Part shown: one piece after another, positions 8,144 through 15,827 of the stretch
Numbering within the stretch: position 1 is the stretch's first letter
Layout of the letters: every line of letters begins with the position of its first letter
NCBI GenBank assembly: GCA_012511955.1
Contig: JAAZFC010000049.1
Span: 1-18,927, forward strand
From: Fibrobacter sp.
Lineage (GTDB): Bacteria; Fibrobacterota; Fibrobacteria; Fibrobacterales; Fibrobacteraceae
Direction: 5' to 3'
DNA: 18,927 nt
The notes under the pieces: generated by a model
What the model saw: only the letters and a program-made list of their open reading frames with translations
Told to the model about the DNA's origin: nothing
Database searches by the model: none
Made by a program: the position numbers and the translations under genes

Positions 8144-8909
8144 ATTCACTGTCCGGGTATAAGAATTCAACTTTTTTAAATTCGGCAATGGCTCGTTGGC
8201 GATCACCGATTTTCACATAACTTCTGCCAATCATAAATTGAGCGTCGTCACCTTTATTTGTATTGGCATAATTTAAAACTTTATGAAAAGCCTCAATGGC
8301 TCGAGCGTAGTCTCCTAAAAAGGCATAAGATTCGCCAATCCAATACCAAGCATCGTCTGCCCAGGAGCTTTCTGGGTATTTTACCACCATTTGATCAAAA
8401 AGTGCAATGGCTTTAGACCACTCTTTTTGTTGGAATTGTGCCATGGCTAATCTATACTCTTCGGGAGCCGGAGGGATTTTTGTGGGCATGGGCGCTTTAT
8501 GAGCGGGATTAAATGTCGGAATGGCTGCTCCTTGAGTTTCTACAGCTTCGCGCAACATATACAGTTCTTCACGCAAAACGGTGATTTGGCTGTGAGCTTC
8601 TTCTAGTTGCGCCAAAGGTAAAGTCTGCACAGATGCGGTTAAATCCGCCACGGTTCTTTCTAAAATGCCTACTCTTGTGCTAAGATCGTCTATGCTCAGG
8701 CGACATTCCTGCACTAAACGCAGGGCAATATCGCTATTTTCTTTTAACTGCAAAACATCGATTTCTGGTAGCGCAGCGTCTCTATTGCGCACTGGCTGAT
8801 GGGGCGCACAGGACCAAAATGTTATAATTGGTAAGAATATTAGGCTAAACCACAGAATGCGTTGCAATTGTGTGGAGCTTTTGGTAATTTGTGAATTGTA
8901 GTGATCCAT
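8097..8909 (-). CDS. CpoB/YbgF-like periplasmic protein: signal peptide, coiled-coil domain, C-terminal TPR domain
   Basis: The N-terminal hydrophobic segment is ILWFSLIFLPIITFWSCA. A heptad-rich segment runs LQLKENSDIALRLVQECRLSIDDLSTRVGILERTVADLTASVQ...LREELYMLREAVE. The TPR-like C-terminus reads YRLAMAQFQQKEWSKAIALFDQMVVKYPESSWADDAWYWIGESYAFLGDYARAIEAFHKVL...YPDSEY. This is the CpoB (YbgF) architecture. GGAG lies 6 nt upstream of the ATG on the minus strand. Confidence 0.65.
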   Translation of the reverse strand: MDHYNSQITKSSTQLQRILWFSLIFLPIITFWSCAPHQPVRNRDAALPEIDVLQLKENSDIALRLVQECRLSIDDLSTRVGILERTVADLTASVQTLPLAQLEEAHSQITVLREELYMLREAVETQGAAIPTFNPAHKAPMPTKIPPAPEEYRLAMAQFQQKEWSKAIALFDQMVVKYPESSWADDAWYWIGESYAFLGDYARAIEAFHKVLNYANTNKGDDAQFMIGRSYVKIGDRQRAIAEFKKVEFLYPDSEYVNKAKAELKKLQAN

Positions 8910-8981
8910 ATTATCTCCAATAATAAGGTAGCAAAATTCTCTATATATAAGTATATCGGTATTTTACTTTAATTTTGCAAT

Positions 8982-10373
8982 ATGATTCTAGTTCGATACA
9001 TATTACGCGAACATATCGCGCCCTTTATCGCCGCACTATCGGTTATAACATTTCTGTTTGTAATTGATTTTCTGGTGACTCTAATGGATAGAGTTATGAG
9101 TAAAGGCTTACCGCCAGCGATAATTTTTGAATTATTTGTGCTAAATTTAGCATGGATTATTGCTTTAGCTGTTCCCATGGCGGTTTTAGTCTCTTGTTTA
9201 ATGGCTTTTGGCAGGTTTTCAGGAGATTCAGAAATCACAGCGATTAAGGCTGCAGGAATTTCTCCTTTAACTTTAATGCGCCCAGTTTTGTTAGTTTCTA
9301 CATTGATAATGGTACTACTTACAGTTTTTAATAATTGGATTTTACCAGAAGCTAACCATCGCGCCACGGAATTAATGGTGGCCATATCTAGGAAAAAACC
9401 CCATGCTTTTATTGATGAAGGGCGTTTAATCACTGATTTTCCTGGGGTGCAAATTTGGGTGCAGCAAATAGACCAGCATACGGGAGTTTTTAGAGGAGTG
9501 CAAATTTTTGAACACGAAGGTGGTGGGCAGCCACGGCTCGTTATGGCAGATAGTGCCACGGTGGAATATCGTGACGGAGGGGCGATAATCATGATGCGTT
9601 TGCGCCATGGCGAAAATCATATTTTGGATAAAGATGATCCCCAAAAGTTTTTCCGTATTCGTTTTCAAAACCAGGATTTAGCTATTCGCAATGTGGATGA
9701 TCGTTTAGAAAGGCAAGAGCGCAAGCATAGGGGGGATAGGGAAATGCCGGTGGAAATGATGTTAGAGGTAGCCCAAAAGGCCCAAGCCAGTTACGACCAT
9801 GTTTGGGAAGAAAATATGGATAAAATTTGGGATGAATTGCGTACTCTCGACACTTTAATTCGCGGAGATACCTTGTTAGAGTCTCAAGGCTTTGCAGAAT
9901 TGCCTTTAAGACCTGATTTGGAGCGTTCCGCTAGGGTGCAAGTGCAAAGTTGGGAAAGGGCGCGACACCGCAATGTTTTGCGAGTGGTAGAAAGACTAAC
10001 CCAAGAAAAAAAGCGCGTGGCTCAATATTGGGTGGAAATTCATAAGAAGTTTTCTATCCCTGTGGCCTGTGTGATTTTTGTTTTAGTGGGCGCCCCTTTG
10101 GGAATAATGGCCCGTAGGGGAGGCATTGGCACTGGGGTCATATATAGTTTGCTCTTTTTTATCATTTATTGGGTGGCTTTAATAGGCGGCGAAAACTTAG
10201 CCGACCGCTTGATCATCAGTCCGGAATTTGCCATGTGGAGTTCCAATGTATTAATTGGAGTTTTTGGTGTATTTGTAACTTGGTTAATGGTGCGCGACAG
10301 ATACACAGGCAATAAGTTTTGGCATCGTTGGCAAATTTTCCGCAGAAAAAACAAAAAAGAGGATTCCCCATGA
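8982..10373 (+). CDS. lptF: LPS export ABC transporter permease LptF (YjgP/YjgQ family), unusually long at 463 aa
   Basis: The N-terminus MILVRYILREHIAPFIAALSVITFLFVIDFLV parallels E. coli LptF (MIIIRYLVRETLKSQLAILFILLLIFF). It has three N-terminal TM helices, a periplasmic beta-rich segment, a ~110-aa highly charged segment, then three C-terminal TM helices. It is followed at once by a second family member. Confidence 0.8.
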   Translation: MILVRYILREHIAPFIAALSVITFLFVIDFLVTLMDRVMSKGLPPAIIFELFVLNLAWIIALAVPMAVLVSCLMAFGRFSGDSEITAIKAAGISPLTLMRPVLLVSTLIMVLLTVFNNWILPEANHRATELMVAISRKKPHAFIDEGRLITDFPGVQIWVQQIDQHTGVFRGVQIFEHEGGGQPRLVMADSATVEYRDGGAIIMMRLRHGENHILDKDDPQKFFRIRFQNQDLAIRNVDDRLERQERKHRGDREMPVEMMLEVAQKAQASYDHVWEENMDKIWDELRTLDTLIRGDTLLESQGFAELPLRPDLERSARVQVQSWERARHRNVLRVVERLTQEKKRVAQYWVEIHKKFSIPVACVIFVLVGAPLGIMARRGGIGTGVIYSLLFFIIYWVALIGGENLADRLIISPEFAMWSSNVLIGVFGVFVTWLMVRDRYTGNKFWHRWQIFRRKNKKEDSP

Positions 10374-11458
10374 GGTTTTCACGCTACATGGTGGGTAATT
10401 TCATTAAGCATTTTATTTTAGTGCTGGGTGGATCTGTACTTATATTTCTAGTTATAGACTTTGTGAGTAATATTCGGGTTTGGCTCAATAAAGGCATGGC
10501 AGAAACCAGCGAATATTACTTAAACTATCTTCCCCACATTATTTATTTAATTCTTCCCATAGCGATTTTGATTTCAGTGATTGGCTCTTTGGGAACCATG
10601 GCGAGGCATTTAGAACTCACTTCTTACCAAGGGGCGGGTGTGGGTGCGATGCGTATGTTAAGCCCTTTATTGCTTATAGGCGTGTTACTTTCTGGGGGAA
10701 TGTTTTGGGCGGGAGAAAATATTTTACCAGATGCCAACCATCGCCGATTAGAGATGTTGCAAAATACTTCGCAACGCAAAAGCGCCCAAAGAATCAAAGA
10801 AAAATCTAACTTCGTATATGTAAACTCTAATACTCAATCATGGTATTTTAGGTTTTATTCTGGAGTGCATCGCCGGGCGCAAAGGGTGATATTGCTACTT
10901 TACGATGCCCAAGGTCATTTAAAAGAAAGATACGATGCTCGTATAATGACTTGGAATGAATTTGATGAATATTGGACTCTACAAGATGGATTTCGTAGGG
11001 TTTTTCATCGGGATGGCGTAGTAGAAAACATTAGTTTTAATCATAAGAGCTTGCAAGGAGTAGTGGAAACACGCCCCGAAGATATAATTAATGAAAGGCA
11101 GACTGGCGATGAAATGAGTTCGACCATGATTCGCCAACGCATCGAAGTTTTGCGCCGTTCTGGTGAAGAAACTAGCATTATGGAAACTCAGTTACATTTT
11201 AAGTACAGCGGCCCTTGGGTTGCAATAATAACCTTGTTAATTGGAGCGTCCCTGGCGCATAGGTATTCTCGCTCTAGTGGAATTTCGCAAAAGTTTGGCA
11301 TTGGTCTTTTTGTAGCATTTAGCTATTATATATCTATTAAAGTTGGTTTGCAATTAGGTGAAGCTGGTGTTTTAAACCCTTGGTTCGGTGCATGGGTGGG
11401 AAACATTGTTTTTGGACTTTTTGCATTGGTGTTGTTATTTAGATCTTTTAGGCTCTAA
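10370..11458 (+). CDS. lptG: LPS export ABC transporter permease LptG (YjgP/YjgQ family)
   Basis: Second YjgP/YjgQ paralogue with 3+3 TM helices and a central periplasmic domain. The start was chosen at ATG 10370, giving MRFSRYMVGNFIKHF. This matches the LptG N-terminus (MQPFGVLDRYIGKTIF in E. coli). The start overlaps the lptF stop as ATGA at 10370-10373. The track's longer ORF from 10319 would overlap lptF by 55 nt. Confidence 0.8.
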   Translation: MRFSRYMVGNFIKHFILVLGGSVLIFLVIDFVSNIRVWLNKGMAETSEYYLNYLPHIIYLILPIAILISVIGSLGTMARHLELTSYQGAGVGAMRMLSPLLLIGVLLSGGMFWAGENILPDANHRRLEMLQNTSQRKSAQRIKEKSNFVYVNSNTQSWYFRFYSGVHRRAQRVILLLYDAQGHLKERYDARIMTWNEFDEYWTLQDGFRRVFHRDGVVENISFNHKSLQGVVETRPEDIINERQTGDEMSSTMIRQRIEVLRRSGEETSIMETQLHFKYSGPWVAIITLLIGASLAHRYSRSSGISQKFGIGLFVAFSYYISIKVGLQLGEAGVLNPWFGAWVGNIVFGLFALVLLFRSFRL

Positions 11459-13209
11459 TGTCAGATATTTTCCTTGTACTTGCTGGCTTGATGCTGGGTT
11501 TAAGTTTTTTAGGTGGACCTTACCTTTGGTTTATTCCCTTTGGCATAATTGCATTGGTTTTTGGTTGGCTCAACAGACCTAAAAAAATCTTACCTTCGTT
11601 AACTAGACCAATTACTGATAAATTAGATAGGCTAGTACGCATTGAATCTAAGGGGACGGAATTTATCTCTCTTGAGGAACTCATAGAAGAAAAATCTTCT
11701 CAAACCGTGTTACAACTTTCTAAATCTTGGCAAGAAGTAGAAAATGATGTAGAACAATTTATTTATGAAACATTGGTTTTTTTCAAAAGCATGATGCCCA
11801 ATGTTTATACCGCTGCAGTTTTTTTCCCTAGTAAAGCTCCTGGTTATTTTGAACTAAAGGCATTTTGCTCTGAATCTTCTGATGTTTTAGAAAAAGCGAC
11901 TTTATCGCCCAGTCATGGCCTAGTAGGGCAGTTAATTAAAAAAAGAGTGTCTAGGATTTTAGAAGGTGATATTTCTGGTGGTAAAACCCTCTATTACTAT
12001 CAAAATAATCCTCCTGTGCACTCTATTGCTGCTGTACCCATCATACAAAATCAGCAAACTCGTGGAGCGGTGGTTATAGACTCATTGCAGCACAATGCTT
12101 TTGATGGTGAAACCATAACTTTGTTGAAAAGTGTGGCAAAAATTGTGGGAACCACGGCTTACATGAGCTATATGAAGGTAAAAAATCATATAGAAAAGGA
12201 TCAATACGAAGTTTTGTATCAATATCAGCAAAACTTTTTTCATTCCATGAGTGTGAACGATATTTATGTGCATATTGCTGAGTATATTAAATCTGCCATT
12301 CCTTTTGATCGCTTGCTAATTTTAGCTTTAGATCGCCCCAAAGGTGATTCCGGTCGAGTGGTTTACGCCAATGGTATAGATGAAGAATATTTTGAAAACC
12401 AAACTTTTACTTTAAGTGATGAAGGTTTACTGATTTTATCTATGATTCGCAACACGCCCATGGAGCGAAGCATAGAAGAGCCCACCATTAGGATAAAAAG
12501 ATCCGAAAAACAAACAGATTTGATTCGACATATATTGGTTTTACCAATAATTACAAATTCAGATGAAAATAAAGCCGAGATGGTAATTTCTTTAGAAAGG
12601 CGCGCCCCTGCGCGTTATAGTAGTCACGAAATGGGATTGTTAAAGCCCATTGCAGGGGCGGCGGGTTTTGCTTTTATGCGCACTAGAGCTTTTGAAGAGA
12701 AAGAAGAACAAGCTAGCCGTGATGGCCTTACGGGATTAATTAATCATCGCACATTTCATCAAAAATTCCGTGTAGAAAAACTACGAGCTAACCGTCAGGG
12801 CACAAATATTGGTTTATTGATGACCGATATAGATAAGTTTAAGAATATAAATGATACTTATGGGCATCCAGCTGGGGATATTGTGATTCGCACCATTGCG
12901 TCAATTTTATGTAAAGAGGTCCGTAACGATATAGATGTGGTAGCTCGCTATGGCGGTGAAGAATTTGTGATTATGCTAGTAGATGCCTCATCCCAAAGTC
13001 TAAGAGATACAGCGGAAAGAATACGCCACTCTGTGGAGCAAAAATTATTTGAAATTGAGCGTATAGAGCCCATTCGTTTAACCATAAGCATAGGCGTGTT
13101 TTTAATTACCCCCGAACACGACGATATTCGCAAAGCATTAGAATTTGCCGACAAAGCTCTTTATAAAGCTAAAAATACCGGACGCAATAAAGTGGTGGAG
13201 TATAGCTGA
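11458..13209 (+). CDS. Membrane-anchored diguanylate cyclase: 2 TM helices + GAF-like sensor region + GGDEF domain (GGEEF active site)
   Basis: The C-terminus reads RDGLTGLINHRTFHQ...LLMTDIDKFKNINDTYGHPAGDIVIRTIA...ARYGGEEFVIML...ALYKAKNTGRNKV. This is a canonical GGDEF domain with an intact GGEEF. The N-terminal hydrophobic pair is IFLVLAGLMLGLSFLGG / FIPFGIIALVFGWL. The ~350-aa middle region is GAF-like. The ATG overlaps the lptG stop as TAATG. Confidence 0.85.
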   Translation: MSDIFLVLAGLMLGLSFLGGPYLWFIPFGIIALVFGWLNRPKKILPSLTRPITDKLDRLVRIESKGTEFISLEELIEEKSSQTVLQLSKSWQEVENDVEQFIYETLVFFKSMMPNVYTAAVFFPSKAPGYFELKAFCSESSDVLEKATLSPSHGLVGQLIKKRVSRILEGDISGGKTLYYYQNNPPVHSIAAVPIIQNQQTRGAVVIDSLQHNAFDGETITLLKSVAKIVGTTAYMSYMKVKNHIEKDQYEVLYQYQQNFFHSMSVNDIYVHIAEYIKSAIPFDRLLILALDRPKGDSGRVVYANGIDEEYFENQTFTLSDEGLLILSMIRNTPMERSIEEPTIRIKRSEKQTDLIRHILVLPIITNSDENKAEMVISLERRAPARYSSHEMGLLKPIAGAAGFAFMRTRAFEEKEEQASRDGLTGLINHRTFHQKFRVEKLRANRQGTNIGLLMTDIDKFKNINDTYGHPAGDIVIRTIASILCKEVRNDIDVVARYGGEEFVIMLVDASSQSLRDTAERIRHSVEQKLFEIERIEPIRLTISIGVFLITPEHDDIRKALEFADKALYKAKNTGRNKVVEYS

Positions 13210-14684
13210 TGTTTTTAGGCGTAGATTGGCTGGTTTTAATACTTTATTTAGTTGCATCTGTTTTTGTGGGTTTATGGGTTTCTAGGGGAAAGAAAAACTT
13301 TAGCGATTATATGTTAGGCGGAGGGAAAATCCCTTGGGTAGCTGTGGGTATAAGCATCATTGCCACCTCCGTAAGTGCCACAACTTTTTTAGGTGCACCG
13401 GCCGATGTATATGCCGAAGATATGACCTTTTTAATGTTTAATATTGGTGCTTTTATCAGTATTTTTATAGTGGGTTATGTTTTTATTCCTCGATTCAGAG
13501 GTTTATCCATTGTTTCCGCTTATGAATTATTAGAAGTGCATTTTAGTCGCGGAGTGCGTCGGGTGGCAGCGGTTTTTTATAGTTTGCATTTAATTTTACG
13601 CACGGGAATTTTGCTCTATGCACCTTCTTTGGTTTTATCGAAGATTTTAGATATTAATATCATATATGCCATATTGTGCTCTGCGATTTTTGCCACGATT
13701 TATACCTGGTATGGGGGGATAAAAGCGGTGATTTGGACTGATGTTTTGCAATTTGTGGTGTTTTTTGTGGGGGGCTTGTTTGTACTATGGTTGGTAGCTG
13801 ATGTGGTGGGTGGTTTCGGTAGCCTGTATTCTTTGGCTAGCAATGCCGGCAAAACCATATGGTTCAATCCCTCTTTAAATCCTGGTGAAGCTCGTACGCT
13901 CATTTCTGCGGGTTTTGCCTATGCGGTGCTAGAAGTTGCTATTAGGGGCTGCGATCAACAGTTTGTACAGCGATATTTAAGCTGTAGCGGGGCCAAAGAG
14001 GCCAATAAATCTAGCGTCCTATCAATGGTTTTGGGAGTTGTGGTTTCATTGGTGTTTTATTGGGTGGGCGCAGCATTATTTGTGTATTATCAAGTGGTGA
14101 ATCACGCTAAATTGCCCGTTGGTACCGATGTTAATCAAGTGTTTCCACATTTTATTTTGCATGGTTTGCCCCCTGGTTTAACAGGTTTAGTGGTGGCGGC
14201 TATTTTTGCCGCTGCCATGAGCAGTCTTTCTAGTGCCATTAACGCATTAGCAAATACTACTGAAGTAGATATTTTAGGGCGAGATCCTCAGGATCCCAAA
14301 AGTTTGGGAAGAGCCAAAATATGGACAGTCCTTTGGGCCACAGTGGGAGTGGTGGCAGCAGTGATTGCGGCCTATGCTTCGGGTTCACTTTTGCAAAAAG
14401 CTTTGTTTTTTACAGGGTTATTCACCGGACCTTTGCTCGCTATATTTATACTGTCTTTTTTCAGACCTCGCACCAACCCTGCAGTGGTGATTTTCGCCTC
14501 TGTTTTGGGTATGTTTAGCTTAATTTTGTTTAATGCAGTGCCTGTTTTCCCAAATTATGTGCCACCTTTTGGCAAACTCCTCTCTTGGCCCTGGAATCCT
14601 TTGATTTCTTTTAGTATAGCCGTGATAAGTGCAGTTTTAATAGATTTCATTATTCCCCGGGCTAAAGTTAATGTTACCGCTTGA
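13209..14684 (+). CDS. Sodium:solute symporter family (SSF) transporter
   Basis: 491 aa with about 13 hydrophobic helices. SSF-typical N-terminal segments are present (GGGKIPWVAVGISIIATSVSATTFLGAPADVY...). The ATG overlaps the cyclase stop as TGATG at 13207-13211. Confidence 0.8.
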   Translation: MFLGVDWLVLILYLVASVFVGLWVSRGKKNFSDYMLGGGKIPWVAVGISIIATSVSATTFLGAPADVYAEDMTFLMFNIGAFISIFIVGYVFIPRFRGLSIVSAYELLEVHFSRGVRRVAAVFYSLHLILRTGILLYAPSLVLSKILDINIIYAILCSAIFATIYTWYGGIKAVIWTDVLQFVVFFVGGLFVLWLVADVVGGFGSLYSLASNAGKTIWFNPSLNPGEARTLISAGFAYAVLEVAIRGCDQQFVQRYLSCSGAKEANKSSVLSMVLGVVVSLVFYWVGAALFVYYQVVNHAKLPVGTDVNQVFPHFILHGLPPGLTGLVVAAIFAAAMSSLSSAINALANTTEVDILGRDPQDPKSLGRAKIWTVLWATVGVVAAVIAAYASGSLLQKALFFTGLFTGPLLAIFILSFFRPRTNPAVVIFASVLGMFSLILFNAVPVFPNYVPPFGKLLSWPWNPLISFSIAVISAVLIDFIIPRAKVNVTA

Positions 14685-15171
14685 TAATCGTCATGATTTT
14701 TTTATGCGCCAGGCCCTTCGCCAAGCAGAAATGGCCTACGAAGCTGGTGAAGTTCCTATTGGTTGCGTGATAGTTAAAGATGGTAAAATAATTGGCCGGG
14801 GTCGCAATCAAGTGGAAGCTTTGCAAGATCCCACTGCCCATGCGGAGATTTTGGCTATTACCGCAGCTAGTGCTACTTTAGAAAATTGGCGCTTAGAGGA
14901 CTGCATTTTATATGTAACTTTAGAACCTTGCCCTATGTGCGCTGGAGCGATTCTAAACGCTCGCATATCCCAGGTGGTTTACGCATCCCCTGATCAGCGT
15001 TTTGGAGCTTGTGGTACCCAAACCAATGTTTTGGAGAAAAACGCCCTTAATCGTCTTGTAAAAGTGAGTGGGGGAGAGTACTATGCAAGTGAAGCTTTGG
15101 CTTTAATAAAGGAGTTTTTTCAAGAAATGCGCTTTCGCAAAGGAGATTCAGGGAAAAAGAAATCCAATTAG
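14671..15171 (+). CDS. tadA: tRNA adenosine(34) deaminase
   Basis: CDA-fold zinc motifs HAEILAI and LEPCPMCAGAI are present. The N-terminus MLPLDNRHDFFMRQAL aligns with the E. coli TadA start (MSEVEFSHEYWMRHAL), which supports ATG 14671. That start overlaps the symporter 3' end by 14 nt. Confidence 0.9.
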   Translation: MLPLDNRHDFFMRQALRQAEMAYEAGEVPIGCVIVKDGKIIGRGRNQVEALQDPTAHAEILAITAASATLENWRLEDCILYVTLEPCPMCAGAILNARISQVVYASPDQRFGACGTQTNVLEKNALNRLVKVSGGEYYASEALALIKEFFQEMRFRKGDSGKKKSN

Positions 15172-15827
15172 CTCCACAAATGCTGGATAAAATTTCCTAA
15201 GCCCCGTAAAAAACTTTGGGCTCTGCGATCATAATTATGTTGGCTACGCGTTTCAGCATGAAAAACTTCACGCCATTGAAAATCTTCTTTTTTTAGGGCT
15301 TCCCGCTGTTCGTTGCGTCGCAACCCGCCTTGCTTTACCCAACTCACAATGCGTTGCAGTTCTCCCGCATCCAAATAAATCCCATGATCCCGGCATTGAT
15401 CAATGATAATACCGCTGGAATCTCCAAAATTCATCCTGTTCATGACTTTTTGGCAAACTGGACATTTCACATATTTTACTGCCTCGTTGCGAGGGATTTC
15501 TTTTAGCGCTCCTAAGCGAATATGGTCGATGGTATGTACTAACTTATCGTGGTCGTTTATTATTAAATCTATTTCACCATTATCTAAAAATATGCCCAAA
15601 CAGTTATCACAACGCTCTATATAAAAAGGAGCTTCAGAACTTCTGATGTTTAAAGTTTGCATCACTTGGTCACAACCTGCGCAAATCCTTTCCTCCTCCG
15701 GTTCATGAAGGGTAAAATAGTGGCCTTTTAGATCCACATCGTTAATTCCCCCGCAGTAGGAACATTTAATAGCACCGTGTCCCAAAGGAGCGTTGCAGTG
15801 TTCGCATTTTCCAGATTTTGTGCTCAT
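15168..15827 (-). CDS. Triple zinc-ribbon protein (two TFIIB-like zinc ribbons plus an N-terminal C4 ribbon); YdjG-like partner of the upstream SPFH protein
   Basis: Ribbon 1 is CEHCNAPLGHGAIKCSYCGG (C-x2-C-x9-C-x2-C). Ribbon 2 is CAGCDQVMQTLNIRSSEAPFYIERCDNCLGIFLDNGEIDLI. Ribbon 3 is CPVCQKVMNRMNFGDSSGIIIDQCRDHGIYLDAGELQRI. The last two share the pattern C-x2-C...C-x2-(C/H)-G-x-(F/Y)-LD-x-GE-(I/L), which I associate with the zf-TFIIB-type bacterial zinc ribbon. No TM helix. The ATG overlaps the SPFH gene's stop as ATGA. Confidence 0.75.
   Translation of the reverse strand: MSTKSGKCEHCNAPLGHGAIKCSYCGGINDVDLKGHYFTLHEPEEERICAGCDQVMQTLNIRSSEAPFYIERCDNCLGIFLDNGEIDLIINDHDKLVHTIDHIRLGALKEIPRNEAVKYVKCPVCQKVMNRMNFGDSSGIIIDQCRDHGIYLDAGELQRIVSWVKQGGLRRNEQREALKKEDFQWREVFHAETRSQHNYDRRAQSFLRGLGNFIQHLWS

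Noticed and set aside
8969-9592. Minus-strand 207-aa ORF
   Set aside because: It overlaps the 5' half of lptF on the opposite strand. The translation is Cys/Ser/Thr-rich low-complexity. lptF homology is unambiguous.
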